DNA of 64,000 nucleotides from Malacoraja senta (Eukaryota): the NCBI GenBank assembly GCA_038087875.1, contig CM075998.1:558001-622000 (forward strand), written 5' to 3'. The notes beneath the pieces are model-generated. The model saw only the letters and a list, made by a program, of their open reading frames with translations, did no database searches and had not been told where the DNA came from. Shown one piece after another: positions 60,176 through 64,000 of this stretch. Numbering within the stretch: the stretch's first letter is position 1; every line of letters begins with the position of its first letter. The translations under genes and the position numbers were made by a program.

Positions 60176-63108
60176 GTGAGTGGCTGCAAAATGAATACCA
60201 TTTACCTTATTTGTTTCTGGCTTAATCAATAAATAATTCTGACCACGCCTAACTGCAATGAACATAAGTTTTAGTGATGTTAAAATGTTTTTAAGTGGGT
60301 AACTGCAAATCATTTGAAGAATCGATATATTTTCAGTTAAGTGTTATAAAGCGAATTTCCACTATTTTAAAACGTTTACTTATTTGGAACATGAACTAAA
60401 TATGCACAAACTATTCGCAATAAATGAATTTCAGTGGAGATATTAATAACATTTAAAGGGCATTTGGACAGGTATATGGATAGGAAAGGTTTAGAGGAAT
60501 ATGGACTAAACGCGACCAGGTGGGACTAGTGTAGATGGAGCACCTTGGTCCGCATGGGAGAGCTGACCCGTGCTGTACGACTCTGTCACTTATTATAACG
60601 TTTCATTCATTTAATTTTTCTAAAGGAATTTAGAGTGGTGCCGGCTAAATCATTTAGCACGTCTGTAGTGGTTAAAATAGGAGATCGGGGCTGAACAGAA
60701 AAGTTTAAAATCACTGATGTGTGAGACAGCCAGCGCGGAGAAATGATGGAAAACATTATTCCTTTTACGAAATTAACTATCCCTTAGAGGTGATAACTGT
60801 ACTCTCCAAAATAAATTACATCGGAGGAAATATTCTCCAGTAAGTATAGCCTGTGATACTAAATCAGAAGATGCTGGAAATGTTAAGCAGGCCAGTTAGC
60901 ATCTGCCAAGAAAAAATGCGAGTCCGCGTTTCAGGTCGTTGACCAGGGGTAGATTCTTGAATATTTTCGTGTAATTATTTGAAGAACAGTTACTTTCAAG
61001 AATATATAAAATTATTTTGGATATGAAACCTCCAAATCGATATAAAAGTACTGATCAACGGATTATAAAATCATCGTATATCGGGATAAAACACCGTGCT
61101 GGAGGAACTCAGCAGGTCGGGCAGTACCTTGGAGGATATGGACAGGCGACCTTTCAGGCGGGACCCTTCTTCAGACTGATTAGATTATTCAGAACGTATA
61201 TTGTGATAACCTGTTTCATATTGTTAATTCTCAAATCTGCAGACGATGAGTTCCGCATATAAATGTGCCGAGAGTCTCTCGCAGCCTGAACTGAGCAGGG
61301 CAGATGATTCGGGTCATCGCTGCACGCATTCACTCCACTCTCATCAGAACTCAACAGGACATTTTTGATTAACTGGCCCAAGTGACCTTAAATCAATTCA
61401 TCTCGCTCTGTTGGTACTCAGGGGTGCGTTGAGAACAGCAGGAATGCTCACTCCCAATTAAATACATTAAATGATTGACCGAATTAAAACTGCCTTTTAA
61501 TTTTGAGTGATATATAATGCCCGCTCACTCCCTCTAACGCCACCTCTGCTCTTTTAATGAGGAATCAAATTCTCATGAACGCAACAACATTTTAGACTCT
61601 CCTTATCCTCCTCCTCACGGGAGGCACTGCACTGCACAGCACAATGCAGTGGGTGCGCGATATTGTGCTCTGGTAATCATTTCCAAGTTTGCTGAATCAT
61701 GCGGGCACATCAGGAATAATATTGTCACCTAACGCAGGGTTTTGATTTGAAAGAAGAATGGTGCATTCACCCCACCGCACCAAAAGATTTACACCAAAAG
61801 TCTGAAGAAGGGTTTCGGCCCGAAACGTTGCCTATTTCCTTCGCTCCATAGATGCTGCTGCACCCGCTGAGTTTCTCCAGCATTTTTGTGTACAAAAGAT
61901 TTACAAGATTGCGAGCCATTGCTTCCATATGACCGACGCAAACCTCTCTGCATCTGCACCCTGCCTCCTTTTTAATCCCCATAGATATTGTTTGACTTGC
62001 TGAGTGTTTTATTCATGCAAGGAATGAGGACTTCGCAGGCTGAGCCATCATTTAATGACCTGTCCCTAATCGAACTGGAGAAGGTGGTGGTGCCTTCTTG
62101 AATCTACTGCAGTCCTTGAGGTGCAAATGTTGATCCAGGATGTTGATCCAGTAACAGTGAAGGAACGACAATATATTTCGGTGCGTGGATGGGCGGGCAA
62201 CCTCCAGGCGGTGATGTTCATGTTTTTGCTGTCCTGGTCCTTCTAGCTGGTTGAGGTCATGGGTTTGAAAGGTGCTGTCTGAGTCTTGGTAAGTTGACAC
62301 GGTGCATTCTGGAGTTTTGTTTTGATTCTCTCTGACCGAGCCTTTGGTAACTTACCAAAAGAACTCCTGATTTGGTTCATTTATTTGACATCTGTGTTGC
62401 TTACACATCTTCGATAAAACACAAGTTGTTGTACAGAGTTCTAACGGACAGAGAACGGGTTAGGTGGATGACAGGGAGGTGGTGAATTCAACAAAACAAC
62501 ACAAGAGTATTTCTTAGTGGTCGTTGGTTGTTAGGAGGTTCAGACTTGCAGCTGGGTTAAGTGGCAATCAGCACTGTGTCAGATGTCAATAATATGATCA
62601 TGAACAACTAACTAGTAGCCACTAATTTTACCACTAATTTCCATCCGGCACTCAAATTCACCTGGACCATTTCAGACATCTCCCTACCGTTTCCAGATCT
62701 CACCGTCTCCATCGCAGGTAACAGACTACTGACCGACATCTACTACAAACCCACTGACTCCCATAGCTATCTTGACTACACTTCTTCCCACCCTGCTTCC
62801 GACATCAGTCTGAAGAAGGGTCTCGACCCGAAAAACATCACCCATTCCTTCTCTCCATAAATGCTGCCTCACCCGTTGAGTTACTCCAGCATTTTGTGTC
62901 TACCTTCGATTTTATCCAGCATCTACAGTTCTTTCTCACACATAACTAGTAGCATGTTTGAGTCACAAACACAATAATCAGAACTTTGATTTTATTTTCT
63001 CGGCAGGAGGGCTGTTCGGAAAATCTTCAGCTGAATGGCAGTGATAATATCCCACGCATAGAAATCAGTGACAACTGTGACCCCAACACACTCAGGACTG
63101 TGCCGGAG
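60020..63108 (+). CDS. IL23A: Interleukin-23 alpha subunit p19-like cytokine, exons 1-2; continues beyond the window
   Basis: Exon 1 (60020-60175) encodes a signal peptide plus PSWISCRILSRNL (human PAWTQCQQLSQKL). Exon 2 (63007-63108) encodes DNIPRIEISDNCDPNTLR (human NDVPHIQCGDGCDPQGLR). Both introns are phase 0, exon sizes (156/102 nt) are close to human, and the gene is head-to-head with PAN2 as at human 12q13. Confidence 0.85.
60445..60588 (+). mobile_element. CR1 3' UTR fragment
   Basis: catttggacaggtatatggataggaaaggtttagagg...gtgctgtacgactct. Confidence 0.7.
61089..61180 (-). repeat. Penelope terminal-repeat fragment
   Basis: ...tttcaggcgggacccttcttcagactga. Confidence 0.65.
61800..61892 (+). 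repeat. Penelope terminal-repeat insertion with hammerhead-like core and 13-bp target-site duplication
   Basis: CAAAAGATTTACA at 61781-61793 and 61893-61905. Confidence 0.8.
62620..62942 (+). mobile_element. Internally deleted Penelope (RT fragment fused to terminal repeat) with 11-bp target-site duplication
   Basis: TNFHPALKFTWTISDISLPF...IYYKPTDSHSYLDYTSSHPAS joined to gacatcagtctgaagaaggg; TAACTAGTAGC at 62609-62619 and 62943-62953. Confidence 0.85.
63007..63108 (+). CDS. IL23A: IL23A-like coding exon 2
   Basis: Acceptor ttttattttctcggcag, then EGCSENLQLNGSDNIPRIEISDNCDPNTLRTVPE, then gtaag. Confidence 0.85.
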
Positions 63109-64000
63109 GTAAGCTGCGACTGGCAGGATTGGCAGTAGATTTGTCATGTTGCTGGAGTAATGACTGAAAGTGCATCAAATCCCACTGCAGCTGTAGGAGT
63201 GGTTATTTTTTAGAGAAAAGTTAGTCTCTGTAACTATGAAGCTGGTGAATTGTTAGAAAAGCCCATCTGGCTTACTGATGTACTGAAGAGAAGAAACCTT
63301 AGCTGGTTAAGGCTTTGATGGGACTCTTGTCCCATATTATGTAGGATGCTCTGGTTGCTCTCTGATGAATCACCTTGACAAACCAATAGGGGAATAAATG
63401 CTACCAACATTCCTATACATATGATTTGATTTAAACCATTGTGCTCTGGTTAGTGCTGGATATTTTGGCTTGCTTGAAGACTAATCTCATCTATTAATTT
63501 TCTGGTTGAATGTAGTTTGTCCCCATGATATTTAAAAAAATCTATTTTTGGTAATCCTTTATTTCCATTCCCCTCCTCTTCCTGAGTATGATTGGCCCAC
63601 AGAAATTGTGGAGTTGTTTAATGGTGGTCCTTGGTTAACAGGACAAAAAGAATGGAATAAAAGACAACGGTAGAAAGGCATTTTTCTGACTGAAGGTTTG
63701 TGATCAGTGGTGTTCCACAAGGATCAGTGCTAGGCCCTTTGTTGTTTGAATGATTTAATATAGTGAGATTTCAATCCCACCTTCCCTCCCCATCTCCATT
63801 GCTCTGAAATGCTTTTCTTCCTTTCGATCAATGTATAAATTTCTCACCATATAGCACAACCTGAAACGCAGGCTTTGACAGACATTCACTGATATTGCTG
63901 ACTTCCACTGTTTCTTTGTCTGGCTTCTGGAAGAGTCATGTGGAGGATGAATTTAGCGCACAATTTGTGTTTAGAGAAATGTCCCCTCTGCCACTCTGCA

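Noticed and set aside
59951-60232. 93-aa ORF as a single-exon gene
   Set aside because: It starts at GTG and reads through a strong donor at 60176; the credible coding part is 60020-60175.

Overview
Vertebrate genomic DNA, most likely from a cartilaginous fish (skate/ray type, inferred from the HE1/V-SINE, CR1 and Penelope repeats). Three genes are supported. (1) The last three coding exons of an INPP1-family inositol polyphosphate 1-phosphatase (+, 229-2817). (2) An essentially complete PAN2 deadenylase gene (-, 25 coding exons from 44174 to about 10314, about 1205 aa), with a probable non-coding first exon and promoter near 48.65-48.9 kb. (3) Divergent from PAN2, and not recovered as a whole by the ORF track, the first two exons of an IL-23 p19 (IL23A)-like cytokine (+, 60020-60175 and 63007-63108) with an NF-kB/TATA promoter. 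This p19 lacks the cysteine that links mammalian p19 to p40, has an extra cysteine, and carries three N-glycosylation sequons. Introns and intergenic DNA contain CR1, L2, Rex/Babar, Ingi/Vingi-like and Penelope elements and SINEs. About a dozen short Penelope terminal-repeat fragments are present, most with a minimal hammerhead-ribozyme-like core (CTGAAGA-A-stem-GAAAC-GTH) and several with their own target-site duplications. All assignments were made by eye from motifs, splice sites and recalled human sequences; no searches were run.
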